Shown piece by piece: positions 40,984-50,348 of a stretch of 64,000 nt of DNA. Under the pieces are notes generated by a model that searched no databases, had not been told where the DNA came from, and worked only from the letters and a program-made list of their open reading frames with translations. Each line of letters opens with the position of its first letter. Within the stretch, counting starts at the first letter, position 1. Origin of the DNA: Candidatus Omnitrophota bacterium (lineage in GTDB: Bacteria; Omnitrophota; Gorgyraeia; Pluralincolimonadales; Pluralincolimonadaceae); the NCBI GenBank assembly GCA_028716565.1, contig JAQUPL010000001.1, positions 537,476 through 601,475 of the forward strand, given 5' to 3'. The translations under genes were made by a program, and so were the position numbers.

Positions 40984-42297
40984 TTAGGAAAACAGCCTTT
41001 TTATAATCAATAACAATAGAATAAGCGTAATACTTAAAGCCATCGGTTTAATTAATTCATAATAGTAGTCTGAAAGTTTCAACTTGATAATCTTCAATGT
41101 AATATAATTCGTATATATTGACCATAGTATTGAGAATAAAGTATACAAATAAGCAACTCCATATATCCCCCAATTTAACCCTATAATTACCGATATAATA
41201 GTAATAAACGCATTTCCTATCCCTATTTTTAAATGCAACTTAGAATTGCCCGTGGAAAGACGGATATTTCCTGAAATAGAATCGCTGACTGATTGAGTCA
41301 AGCCACAAAAGCATAAAATTCTTATTAGTAATATTGCGGGTTGCCATTTATGTCCAAGTATTAGGAAAACAAAGTCCGGAGCTATAGCAAACATACCTAA
41401 CATGGCTGGAAAACTAACCATAGAAATAATTTTTACTTCTTTAATGTACGCATTACGTAATTTCTCAATATCATTTTGGATCCTAGAAAATGCTGGGAAC
41501 ATAACTTTTCCAATCACCCAAGATATGTTTCGTATTGGATACAACATAATTTTATATGCTAGTGCATAGTATCCTAATGCTTCTGCCCCTAAATACTTAC
41601 CAATTAAAAGCTGGTCAACATTTCTCGCGAAATAATTTACTACGTTAAATCCTGTTAAGTTAGCGCTAAAATGAAAGATGTCTTTTATATCCTGTATCGC
41701 GAAAACAAATTTTGGTCGCCAAGTCGAAACTGTCCATAAAAGTATGGCATTTAGTAGAGTAAAAATTACTGACTGATAAACTAAACTCCACACGCCAAAA
41801 CCATGGTACGCCAAGTAGATACCTACGATACCTGATATTGCAACCGCTAAAATATCGCGAATAGCAAGTTTTTTAAAATCCATTTCTTTTGAAAGAATTG
41901 TCTGCTGTATAATTACAAAAGAAGACAAGAAGAAATTAACCGATATTACTATTAGAATAGGCTGCAGCTCCGGCTTGTTATAAAACCATGCAATAATTGG
42001 CGAAACTGCAATAAAAACCAAGGTTAGAAGTACGCCTACGATAATATTAAACCAAAAGGCGGAATAATAATGTCTATCATTAGTATCTTGTTTCTGAATT
42101 AGTGCACTGCTGATTCCCATCTCACTGAAAATCATTGCAAAATTGATAAAGACAGTTGCCATCGCCAATAGGCCGAAATCATCGGGAGAAAGAAGGCGGG
42201 CAAGAATTATAGTTATAACTAATTGGCTTATCTGCTTTCCTGCCTGTGAAAATCCTGACCAGAATAAACCCTTTATTGTCTTTTCCTTAAGACTCAC
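40984..42297 (-). CDS. Wzx-type oligosaccharide flippase (MOP superfamily polysaccharide biosynthesis protein)
   Basis: N-terminal KGLFWSGFSQAGKQISQLVITIILARLLSPDDFGLLAMA signature. 12-14 TM. Confidence 0.8.
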   Translation of the reverse strand: MSLKEKTIKGLFWSGFSQAGKQISQLVITIILARLLSPDDFGLLAMATVFINFAMIFSEMGISSALIQKQDTNDRHYYSAFWFNIIVGVLLTLVFIAVSPIIAWFYNKPELQPILIVISVNFFLSSFVIIQQTILSKEMDFKKLAIRDILAVAISGIVGIYLAYHGFGVWSLVYQSVIFTLLNAILLWTVSTWRPKFVFAIQDIKDIFHFSANLTGFNVVNYFARNVDQLLIGKYLGAEALGYYALAYKIMLYPIRNISWVIGKVMFPAFSRIQNDIEKLRNAYIKEVKIISMVSFPAMLGMFAIAPDFVFLILGHKWQPAILLIRILCFCGLTQSVSDSISGNIRLSTGNSKLHLKIGIGNAFITIISVIIGLNWGIYGVAYLYTLFSILWSIYTNYITLKIIKLKLSDYYYELIKPMALSITLILLLLIIKRLFS

Positions 42298-43868
42298 TAC
42301 ACCCTCTCGTAGATCGCCTTCGGAATTGCGAAAGTGCGGCTGCCGAGGATGGCGCCGAGGAAAACAGGTTTTGCCTTTGAGAGCACCTCGACCGCTTCTT
42401 TCGCGACCTGGCGGCGGGTGCGGCCTTCGTTAACCATGAACGCGACGCTGTCTACGTGGGAACTTAACACTATGGCGTCCTTCGACTCCCTCAGGTTAGC
42501 GCAGTCAAGGAATACCACGTCATATTTTTCCTTCGCGTGGTCTATCAGCACGCCCATCTTCTGGGATTCCAACAGGGAGCCGGGGTTTATATCCACCTTC
42601 CCTGTGGTCAGGACGAAGAGGTTGTCGGTCACCTTGTTGACGGCATCCTCGAAGGAAATATTTCCTTCGAGGACATCCACAAGGCCCCTAGTGTTGGCGA
42701 TCTTGAAGGCCTGATGGATGGCGGGTTTCCGCAGGTTGGTGTCCATAACAAGGACCTTCGGCCTGCATTTGTTCGAGATGCTCCTGGCAAGGTTGACTAT
42801 GGCTGTCGTAACGCCTTCCTTCGGATAGGCCGCTACTACCATTACGGACTTTAACTTCCTGTCTTTCAACTCAAAACAGAGCTGGTCTGAGATATGCTCG
42901 TAGTCGTGCGGTTTCGGCTTTCTGGGTATGGCCCCGAGGAATGGCATGCTGAGCACGTCCTCAATTTCCTGGGGGGACTTGAACGTCTGGTCCATGTAAT
43001 CGAAACCGAACGCGAGCATGACGCCGAGGAAGATGCTCATAAAGAAAGCAAGGATGAGTGTGAGGACTTTCGGCAGGCCCGCCGGCTTTAACGGCGGTAT
43101 CGCCTGCTCGACGATTTTTACGCTTGCCGGGCCGATAGCTTCGATATTCGGCAGGGGCTGGCCGTTCAAGCTCTTTTCCATCTGGGTGATGCTGTCTCTA
43201 AGCTGCATGACGGCCAGGTTCTTCTCGCCGTATTTCATCTGCATCTCTGCCAACTGCTGTTCGAGGTCAAAAATGACATACGAGCGGCTGATGATATTCG
43301 CGATTGCCGCGGCAATGCCCGGGTCAAAATCCCTGTATGTGATGGTAAAAAGGTTCGTGTCGCGGAGCGGTTCGACCTTTACATTGTCCTCCATATCTTT
43401 AAGGGCCAGCCGGAAGAGGATATTTTGCTTCTGCTGTTCCGCTATCTTCAGGTCGGTCGTTTTAGCGGTTATCTCGGCGAACTGTTTATTTAACGCGGCG
43501 ACCTGCCAATCTATCATGGCTTGGCGCGGCGGGCTGGCAAACTTCTTCTCGAAATCGAGCGGCTTGAGGCCGACGGCTTTTAGCGCGCGCTCCATGACAG
43601 GGTTCGATTTGACTATTTCGCTCTGGGTGAGGGCTACCTGTATGTTCTGCATGCTAATAAGAGGGCTGTAGTACGGCGCCTCCGTCCCCTTCTGCGCCGT
43701 GACAAGCAACTTTACCGTCGCCTCGTAGGTATTCGTTTTCATCCAGAGCCCGAGCGCCACGACTACCGTCACCGTGACTATCGACGTGAAGACGACCCAT
43801 TTCTGCCTGAAAAGGACCTTCAAATAGTCCCTAAGCGTAAGTTCGTCCATCTTAGCCTCCTTTAACAA
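42297..43868 (-). CDS. Wzc/GumC-like polysaccharide co-polymerase with C-terminal degenerate BY-kinase-like domain
   Basis: Wzz-type N-terminus (TM, long periplasmic coiled region, TM) then an ATPase-like domain whose Walker A reads AAYPKEGVTTA (no GK[ST] lysine). GC-rich, unlike the preceding 12 kb. Confidence 0.65.
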   Translation of the reverse strand: MLKEAKMDELTLRDYLKVLFRQKWVVFTSIVTVTVVVALGLWMKTNTYEATVKLLVTAQKGTEAPYYSPLISMQNIQVALTQSEIVKSNPVMERALKAVGLKPLDFEKKFASPPRQAMIDWQVAALNKQFAEITAKTTDLKIAEQQKQNILFRLALKDMEDNVKVEPLRDTNLFTITYRDFDPGIAAAIANIISRSYVIFDLEQQLAEMQMKYGEKNLAVMQLRDSITQMEKSLNGQPLPNIEAIGPASVKIVEQAIPPLKPAGLPKVLTLILAFFMSIFLGVMLAFGFDYMDQTFKSPQEIEDVLSMPFLGAIPRKPKPHDYEHISDQLCFELKDRKLKSVMVVAAYPKEGVTTAIVNLARSISNKCRPKVLVMDTNLRKPAIHQAFKIANTRGLVDVLEGNISFEDAVNKVTDNLFVLTTGKVDINPGSLLESQKMGVLIDHAKEKYDVVFLDCANLRESKDAIVLSSHVDSVAFMVNEGRTRRQVAKEAVEVLSKAKPVFLGAILGSRTFAIPKAIYERV

Positions 43869-43914
43869 GTTTTAGTTCTTAGTTGTTAGTTCTTAGTAAA
43901 AGCAAAAAACTAAG

Positions 43915-44289
43915 TTATAACCTCATCCTTATTGAACTGATCAAGCCGGAGATCATTTTTCCGACTTCGCTACCGGCATTCTCTACTTTCTCAAGCTGAG
44001 CGTCGTTGATCCATTTCTTTAGATGAAAAATCCTTAACAATGTGACAGTTTCAAACAAAGAGCCGCGGGCAATATGCAAAAACTGGAGAAACTCCTTTTT
44101 TGAATAGCGCCCTTTGCCTTCCGCTATATTTAAAGCTATGGAAGTTGAAGATGCCTCTAACTGCTCTATAAGCCGATAATGCCTGGGATCGGTGTTAATT
44201 TCTTCGGTAAGATCGATTACACTTTTGGCGAAATCAATTGCTTTCTTCCATACTTCCAATTCTTCAAAATTAAACGGCGATTTTCTCAT
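43915..44289 (-). CDS. four-helix-bundle protein (TIGR02436-type; 23S rRNA-IVS protein family); start taken at MRKSPFNFEELEVWKK
   Basis: FEELEVWKKAIDFAKSV...ALNIAEGKGRYSKKEFLQFLHIARGSLFE signature. The longer track ORF (to 44334) would overlap the upstream small ORF. Confidence 0.65.
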   Translation of the reverse strand: MRKSPFNFEELEVWKKAIDFAKSVIDLTEEINTDPRHYRLIEQLEASSTSIALNIAEGKGRYSKKEFLQFLHIARGSLFETVTLLRIFHLKKWINDAQLEKVENAGSEVGKMISGLISSIRMRL

Positions 44290-44438
44290 CTGACAGAATG
44301 CGGAGAAATGCGCACAACCTTGCCATTCTTCCACACTGCCAGCGACCGGCCTGTTTTTTTGTGGCGCTCCACTACCTGCCGAATCGCTTTTTTCATAGCC
44401 GCTTCAGCCTTATCCTGTAAGGACATTCTCTTTTTCAT
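44286..44438 (-). CDS. unannotated 50-aa ORF between the zeta-like ATPase and four-helix-bundle genes (possible antitoxin-like partner)
   Basis: MKKRMSLQDKAEAAMKKAIRQVVERHKKTGRSLAVWKNGKVVRISPHSVR. Starts 4 nt after the upstream stop. Its stop overlaps the downstream ATG (ATGA). Basic and helical. No family recognised. Confidence 0.35.
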   Translation of the reverse strand: MKKRMSLQDKAEAAMKKAIRQVVERHKKTGRSLAVWKNGKVVRISPHSVR

Positions 44439-44441
44439 ATC

Positions 44442-45014
44442 TCACCTCAAAAATTTGTGTATGGTGTTAAACAGCTCCTGCTCGATCACTTCTTTATGAC
44501 CGTTCTTTCTCTTCGCTATTAATACGGGTTTTGCCTTCGAATTATCGAACATCATCCATGAGTCAAACAATGGTTCATACACCTTAAAGAAGTTGTTGAT
44601 GCCTCGAAAGAATCTCCTTCTAACATCCTCATCCGGAACATTATGTCCACCCTCCCTGACTCTGTCTTTAATGCGCTGAATTGCCAACTCGGGGCTTGGA
44701 ATACATAAAAAGAAAAGATGGACGGCATACCCTTTCTTTTTCAATTCTGTAAGCGCTCTCGCGTAAGAAGTACCAGATAACGTTGTTTCAAAAGCAAAAT
44801 CGGCGCCGAGGCCGCTAAACTCATGGATTTGCTGTAATACGAGTCTGCCTGCTTTGATGGCCGCGCTACGAGGCTCAAACGGAGCTAATCCAAGAGCAAT
44901 AAGATCGGCATTTACAAAGTTAGGGCAATTTGCGTATTCCGGAAGAAATAACCTCGCTAAGGTCGTTTTCCCTGATCCGTTGGGCCCTGCGATTATATAA
45001 ACATTCTTTTTCAT
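44442..45014 (-). CDS. zeta-toxin-like P-loop ATPase/kinase (PF06414-like, short form)
   Basis: Walker A IIAGPNGSGKTTLAR. 190 aa. Overall resemblance to the short zeta-toxin/UDP-GlcNAc kinase-like AAA proteins. Lower GC than flanks. Confidence 0.6.
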   Translation of the reverse strand: MKKNVYIIAGPNGSGKTTLARLFLPEYANCPNFVNADLIALGLAPFEPRSAAIKAGRLVLQQIHEFSGLGADFAFETTLSGTSYARALTELKKKGYAVHLFFLCIPSPELAIQRIKDRVREGGHNVPDEDVRRRFFRGINNFFKVYEPLFDSWMMFDNSKAKPVLIAKRKNGHKEVIEQELFNTIHKFLR

Positions 45015-45139
45015 ATCATATCGTATGGCATGTTATACAGTATATTATAATGTATTATGTACACAAAATATAATGTGGACATCTTCTTCTTATCCACGCT
45101 AAGCTTATTAAACATATTAGGTTATAATTATACCACATT

Positions 45140-46459
45140 CTACTTGCCCTTGAGGCCGAAAACCGTAAACACGGTTCGAAGCAAAATAGCCGCGTCCAGC
45201 AGGAAACTCTGGTTCTCTATGTAAAAAAGGTCGTATTCCATGTTCTCGTGGATGGGCGACTTGCGGTGCTCGCTTATCTGCCATAGGCCGGTCATTCCCG
45301 GCTTTACTTTCAGGCGCTCTTTCTGTATCTCGTTGTATTCCTTAACGATGAATTCCATCTCCGGCCTCGGCCCTACAAGGCTCATATCGCCTTTCAGCAC
45401 GTTTATAAGCTGCGGCATCTCGTCAAGGCCGGTCCTGCGGAGGAACCGCCCCACCTTGGTTATTCGCGGGTCGTTGGATTCTTTAGGCGAGAAGTCATAC
45501 CTCGAAGACTCCGAGAACATCGTCCGGAACTTCATTATCTTGAAAGGCTTTCCTTCCTGTCCGGCGCGCTCCTGGCTGAATATGATCTTGCCCGGAGAGT
45601 TGAGCTTAATCGCCGCGGCTATTAATATCCCCGCGGGCAGGGTTATGATAAGCGCGGTAAAAGATACTATGATATCTATGGAACGCTTGAACTTCGCGTA
45701 AAGCGAATGGGGGCTGTACCTGCGCAGGCCGATGACCGGGATGCCCTCGATATCGTCCATCGAGATGAGGTCTATGGGCATATTATAAATATACGGGACG
45801 AACCTGAACAGGATATTCTTCCCGGCGCAGTAGTTCATCACGTTTAGGACCTGCTCGTAAGGTAGGTCCTGCTCTGCCATGAAGACGGCGCCTATCCGCT
45901 TCTTCTCCACGGTATCGGGCAATGTGCTTATCTCGCCCAGGATGCCTACGGGCCTAAAACCTATTTTCGGCGTATGGAGGAGTTTCGACGCGAGCCTCTT
46001 CGCCACTACCCCTGTCCCTATGATAAGCGTATTTGTGACGCCTATCCCCTGCTCGTGCCGGCTTTGTGTCCATTTGCGCAAAAGCAGCCGCTCTGGGGGC
46101 ATAAGGCACATCATGAACACGAAGAAGAAAAAGAGCGACTTGTGCAGGCCGGCGACACCCGGGAACAGGAAGAATATAAGGAATACGAAAAGGAAACCGA
46201 AGAGTATCCCCCTGAATATCGAAATGGTTTCCTTGATATGCAGTATCCCGGTCTTCGCCTTGTAAAGCCCGACGCTCTTGAACACGAATATGAAATACGG
46301 CCCCATGAACGCGAATTCCGGGATGCTTACGCCCTTTTGCGCCCCGCCGATCAGGCCGGTCTTCACCGATGCCCAGATCGCGAGCGCGAGGCTCAGGTAT
46401 ATCAGCGCCAGGTCGCAGGCCAGTACCGTATACAGCTGTATTCTCCTGTTACTATCCAT
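45140..46459 (-). CDS. undecaprenyl-phosphate sugar phosphotransferase (WbaP/EpsB-like initiating transferase)
   Basis: C-terminal bacterial sugar-transferase domain KFRTMFSES...DPRITKVGRFLRRTGLDEMPQLINVLKGDMSLVGPRP. N-terminal TM block. Confidence 0.8.
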   Translation of the reverse strand: MDSNRRIQLYTVLACDLALIYLSLALAIWASVKTGLIGGAQKGVSIPEFAFMGPYFIFVFKSVGLYKAKTGILHIKETISIFRGILFGFLFVFLIFFLFPGVAGLHKSLFFFFVFMMCLMPPERLLLRKWTQSRHEQGIGVTNTLIIGTGVVAKRLASKLLHTPKIGFRPVGILGEISTLPDTVEKKRIGAVFMAEQDLPYEQVLNVMNYCAGKNILFRFVPYIYNMPIDLISMDDIEGIPVIGLRRYSPHSLYAKFKRSIDIIVSFTALIITLPAGILIAAAIKLNSPGKIIFSQERAGQEGKPFKIMKFRTMFSESSRYDFSPKESNDPRITKVGRFLRRTGLDEMPQLINVLKGDMSLVGPRPEMEFIVKEYNEIQKERLKVKPGMTGLWQISEHRKSPIHENMEYDLFYIENQSFLLDAAILLRTVFTVFGLKGK

Positions 46460-47511
46460 CAGTTCTTTCTTATTTTTTCCGTTGTGAACGCTTTTAGCGC
46501 GTCGTATGCGGGAAGTTTCTTGTAGTCCGATGTCATGAGCCCGAAGTCGAAGTCCTTCGGCATGCCGATCTCGGTCCCGCAGTCGCGCAGTGTATGCCAG
46601 AAGACCACCTCTATGCCCTGGTTGAAGAACATTTCATAGAATTTGGCCAGCATTTCCGCCTTGTCTTTCTCTTCCTTTGCCCGGTCGCCGCTCTTGAAGA
46701 AATCCGGCGTCGTCGAGACCTCGGTCACCCATATCGGCATATCCTTGCCTGACCATTTCACGATATTCTGCGTGTTAGTTATCGCCCTCTGGACATCCCA
46801 GGTGGACTTCGAATAAGCGTGTATGCTCATTATGTCAAAATAGCCGAAGGCGCCCTCTTTTATCAGGCCCTTCATAAAGGTATCGTCGAGCGGGTAGGCG
46901 ATGCCGCCCACCAGGACTTTACATCCCGGGTCGCCCCTCTTCAGCCCCGCGTACATCTTCTTCAGCACTTCCGTATATTCTTTCACGTCGGGCTTGCCCC
47001 TCCAGAATATGAAGAGGTCCGGCTCGTTCCATGCCTCGTAATATTTTATCTTTCCCTTGTAATGCGCGGCCAGCGCCTCGCAGAACCTTTCGATGTCATT
47101 GAAGTCTTTTGCCGGGAAATGGTTCGTGCCTATGTCGAAATTGTTCACTCGCGCCGGCCCGCCGCTCGCGTTCCATTTCGCGGAGATCGGCACGGTGAAG
47201 AGGATGTCTATATCGTTGCGGCGCAGGGTATCTACTATCTTGTCCATCTTATCCCACGAATATTTCCCGCGCGACGGCTCGAGCTCGTCCCAGCAATCGG
47301 TGTTCATTCGGGTTATGCCGATATTCAGGTCCCTGGCGTACGGTATCTCTTTTTCATAGACTTCTACGGGAGCCCATACCCCGAGAACGCCGCCCATGTA
47401 AGTACCGAAATTTTTAGGCGAAAGTGGCGCGCTGCCGGAATTTTGCGGCGTGACTGCAGCCCCCATTATTAAAATTGCCGCCAGGAAATTCATCATACGA
47501 AGGTCCTCCAT
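46459..47511 (-). CDS. secreted clan GH-A glycoside hydrolase (GH5/GH39-like)
   Basis: Signal peptide. YYEAWNEPD (acid/base NEP) and IWVTEVST (nucleophile TE) motifs. Confidence 0.5.
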   Translation of the reverse strand: MEDLRMMNFLAAILIMGAAVTPQNSGSAPLSPKNFGTYMGGVLGVWAPVEVYEKEIPYARDLNIGITRMNTDCWDELEPSRGKYSWDKMDKIVDTLRRNDIDILFTVPISAKWNASGGPARVNNFDIGTNHFPAKDFNDIERFCEALAAHYKGKIKYYEAWNEPDLFIFWRGKPDVKEYTEVLKKMYAGLKRGDPGCKVLVGGIAYPLDDTFMKGLIKEGAFGYFDIMSIHAYSKSTWDVQRAITNTQNIVKWSGKDMPIWVTEVSTTPDFFKSGDRAKEEKDKAEMLAKFYEMFFNQGIEVVFWHTLRDCGTEIGMPKDFDFGLMTSDYKKLPAYDALKAFTTEKIRKN

Positions 47512-48302
47512 TTTCTTTCGCCGAGATACCTGGCGAAAAACCTCATTGCGCTTGCCGTGTGGTAATATTTCAGGATGTTGAACAGGCCGCCCGCGCTCTC
47601 GCGCTTATACGTGTGCGCAGCTTCGGCCTGCGGCACGTATACGACGCGCGAACCGGCCTTCTTTACGCGGTAGCACAGGTCAATGTCCTCGTAATACATG
47701 AAATGCCTTTCGTCGAACCCGCCCAGCTTATCGAGGAGCGCCTTGCGCGCGAACATAAAACTGCCGAGGACCCAATCCACGTCCATCGTCTTCGTGTGAT
47801 CAGCGTCAACCATCAGGTAATCGTGTATCGGCTTCGGCGTCTTCCCGGGAAACAGTCCCCTGGCGAGAAATGTCGCCACCGTCGGGAAACGCCGGCATGA
47901 ATACTGCAGGGTCCCGTCCGCGTTGACCAGTTTCGGACCGGCGATGCCAACGTCTTTATTTGCGTCCATGAACCCGGCCAGGGCCTCTATCGTGCTCCCG
48001 CCTTGGCGGAACTCTGCCTTCCTGAAGCGTATGTCGGGGTTGCAGACCAGGAAATATTTCGAGCGCGCTTTCCCGAGCGCGATATTATTAGCCGCGCCGA
48101 ACCCTATATTTTTCTCGTTGAATACGAAATGCGCCCATTTATATTCTTCTTCAAGGCCGTGTATCGATTCCGCGGAGGCATTGTCAACGACCCATACTTC
48201 AGGGACAGTCCCCTGCGGGGACAGTCCCTTCAGCGAATCCAGGCAGCCGATCAGGTCCGCGCGGCTGTTGTAATTTACGATTGAAACCGTGAGATCCGTC
48301 AT
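47493..48302 (-). CDS. glycosyltransferase family 2
   Basis: LTVSIVNYNSRADLIGCLDSL...VVDNASAE GT-A signature. Confidence 0.7.
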   Translation of the reverse strand: MTDLTVSIVNYNSRADLIGCLDSLKGLSPQGTVPEVWVVDNASAESIHGLEEEYKWAHFVFNEKNIGFGAANNIALGKARSKYFLVCNPDIRFRKAEFRQGGSTIEALAGFMDANKDVGIAGPKLVNADGTLQYSCRRFPTVATFLARGLFPGKTPKPIHDYLMVDADHTKTMDVDWVLGSFMFARKALLDKLGGFDERHFMYYEDIDLCYRVKKAGSRVVYVPQAEAAHTYKRESAGGLFNILKYYHTASAMRFFARYLGERKWRTFV

Positions 48303-49447
48303 TTCGAGGACATCTCCGCCGCGACCTCGCGGAATGCCGAGAATACCTCGTCCACCTCTATCTTCTCAAGGCACTCGGGAGTGGCCCTTCCCCTGCATTT
48401 CGCCGGAAGTACCTTTATGCTGTTACAGAAGGAGCAGGGCAATCTCTTGAATACGACCCTGAGTTTTTCTTCCGACCTGTGGCGCGGCTTTATGATGTCC
48501 GCATCCATCGGGCCCGAGATGATGATGACCGGCACGTCGAGCGCCGCCGCGATATGGACCGGCGCGCTGTCGTTGCCGATGACGCATCGGCACCTCTTCA
48601 CAAAACTGACCAGACCCTCGAGGGAAAGCTTGCCGGCGCAGTTGACGGCGTTTCCGCCGGAATTGTCGGCGACCTTGCCGCACTTTTTGGCATCAGCATC
48701 ACTGCCGCATATTGCGGGCAAAAATCCCTCATCTGATATTTTTTTTGCCAGAAGCCCGAACTTTCCCGGCTCCCACTCCTTTGCCGCGAAGTTAGAACAC
48801 GGGAATATGCCGACGGTCTTTTTGCCCGTGCCCATCGCCTTCAGCAGTCCCTCGGCTTCCTTCACGCCCGTCTCGGTCTCGAACAATTCCGGATGCGCTT
48901 CGGTCTTTGCTTCCTTATCGAAATATTTGACTATCTCCATGTTCCTTGACGACAAAGGCATCCCGCTCTTGTACGGCACTATGTCAGTCAACATGTATGC
49001 GCCGCCTGCGCGGTCGAAACCGACACGGCGTTTTATCCCGGCCATGAATAAAAAGAAGATATAACGCAGGTCGCCGCGCGGCTCTATCGCGATATCATAA
49101 TTCTTTGCGCGGACCAGGGCGGCCGTCCGCATGCCCCTGTAAGGTATTATCTCCGCGACGTAAGGGTTCTTATTCAGCAAAGGCGCCGCTTCAGGCCTGA
49201 CGAGCAGGCCTATCGAGGCGTCCCTGAAGATATTCTTCTTCAGTTCGCGCACGAGAGAGGTCGCCATTACCACATCGCCGATATTATCGACCCTCATGAT
49301 GAGGGCCTTCTTTACGCTTCCGTGCGGCGGGAATTTTCTCGTGCCGCCCCTGAGCAGGTCCACCGCCAGCGCGAACGGCCTTAATATGATGTCCGCCGCT
49401 ACCGCGAGAAACCTGTCTTTTTTATTCCGTATCTCATACATAGACAT
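48299..49447 (-). CDS. glycosyltransferase family 9 (heptosyltransferase-like)
   Basis: KKALIMRVDNIGDVVMATSLVRELKK N-terminal GT9 signature. 382 aa. Confidence 0.6.
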   Translation of the reverse strand: MSMYEIRNKKDRFLAVAADIILRPFALAVDLLRGGTRKFPPHGSVKKALIMRVDNIGDVVMATSLVRELKKNIFRDASIGLLVRPEAAPLLNKNPYVAEIIPYRGMRTAALVRAKNYDIAIEPRGDLRYIFFLFMAGIKRRVGFDRAGGAYMLTDIVPYKSGMPLSSRNMEIVKYFDKEAKTEAHPELFETETGVKEAEGLLKAMGTGKKTVGIFPCSNFAAKEWEPGKFGLLAKKISDEGFLPAICGSDADAKKCGKVADNSGGNAVNCAGKLSLEGLVSFVKRCRCVIGNDSAPVHIAAALDVPVIIISGPMDADIIKPRHRSEEKLRVVFKRLPCSFCNSIKVLPAKCRGRATPECLEKIEVDEVFSAFREVAAEMSSK

Positions 49448-50348
49448 ATTTAAGCAGTATCCTCATCGAGCGGATCTTCTTGCGCAATTCCGGTGACCCT
49501 TTAAAAAGTCCTTTAACTGACAACACAAAAAAACGCGCCGTCAGCCCGCCGAAAAGGATATCCTTGAATACTTTATACTTCCACGCGGGATTCCTCGTCC
49601 TGAAAAAATCCTTCAAACCCTCTATCTGGTATTTCGATACTTCTTCGCCCTGTTTCGACGTGCTCTGTTTCGAGATATGCATTATGATTGCGCCCGGGTA
49701 GAAGACCGACCTGTATCCCTTCTCTTTCAGGCGATAACAGAAATCCATGTCTTCGGCGTAGAGGAAATATTTCTCGTCGAGCCCGCCCATCTCTTTATAG
49801 ATCTTCCTCGGCGAGGCGAAGCAAGCGCCGCAAAGCCAATCGACATCCGAGGCCTTCTTTAGCTTGCGGTTCATGAAAATTCCCGGCAGCCCGAATATGC
49901 GGCTCAGGAAGAAATATTGCGCGAACGCCGTCCCAAGGCCCGGGAAACGCCAGCCCTGTTCCCTTTGGAAGCTCCCGTCTTTGTTCAAAAGCACCGGCCC
50001 TGCCGCTCCGACGTCTTTCTCCGCGGTTTCCAGGAAATCGCATATTTTATCAAGCCCGCCGTCGAGCACTTTCGTGTCCGGGTTAAGCAGGATCACGTAT
50101 TTCCCTTCGGCGGCTTCGACGCCGATGTTATTGCCTTTCGCGAAGCCGAAATTTTTGCTGTTCTTTATTACGACCACGGCCTTGAATTCCGCCTCGACAA
50201 GAGAGACGCTGTCATCGGAAGACGCGTTGTCGACGACGATCACTTCTAACGAGTGCCTCGTTGTCTCGCTGTAGACGCTCTCCACGCAGTCGCGCAGGAG
50301 CGCGCCCGTGTTCCAGTTAACTATTATGACCGAAAGGTCCTTAACCAT
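49434..50348 (-). CDS. glycosyltransferase family 2
   Basis: LSVIIVNWNTGALLRDCVESV...VVDNASSDDS. Confidence 0.7.
   Translation of the reverse strand: MVKDLSVIIVNWNTGALLRDCVESVYSETTRHSLEVIVVDNASSDDSVSLVEAEFKAVVVIKNSKNFGFAKGNNIGVEAAEGKYVILLNPDTKVLDGGLDKICDFLETAEKDVGAAGPVLLNKDGSFQREQGWRFPGLGTAFAQYFFLSRIFGLPGIFMNRKLKKASDVDWLCGACFASPRKIYKEMGGLDEKYFLYAEDMDFCYRLKEKGYRSVFYPGAIIMHISKQSTSKQGEEVSKYQIEGLKDFFRTRNPAWKYKVFKDILFGGLTARFFVLSVKGLFKGSPELRKKIRSMRILLKYVYV

Noticed and set aside
43869-43914. Short direct repeats (tagttcttag x2-3) between the wzc and four-helix-bundle genes
   Set aside because: Only ~45 nt with 2-3 imperfect 8-10-nt repeats and no spacer structure. It is too short for a CRISPR array or iteron set. 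More likely low-complexity promoter DNA.
43915-44334. Longer 139-aa version of the four-helix-bundle ORF (start MEEWQGCAHFSAFCQ)
   Set aside because: The 15-codon extension overlaps the 50-aa ORF in another frame. The family normally starts close to the FEELEVWKK helix, and the ATG at 44289 gives an ATGA-coupled start.
45015-45139. AT-rich 125-bp intergenic region upstream of the zeta-like gene
   Set aside because: Probably just the promoter region of the minus-strand zeta-like gene at a GC-shift boundary. No inverted repeats or coding potential noted.
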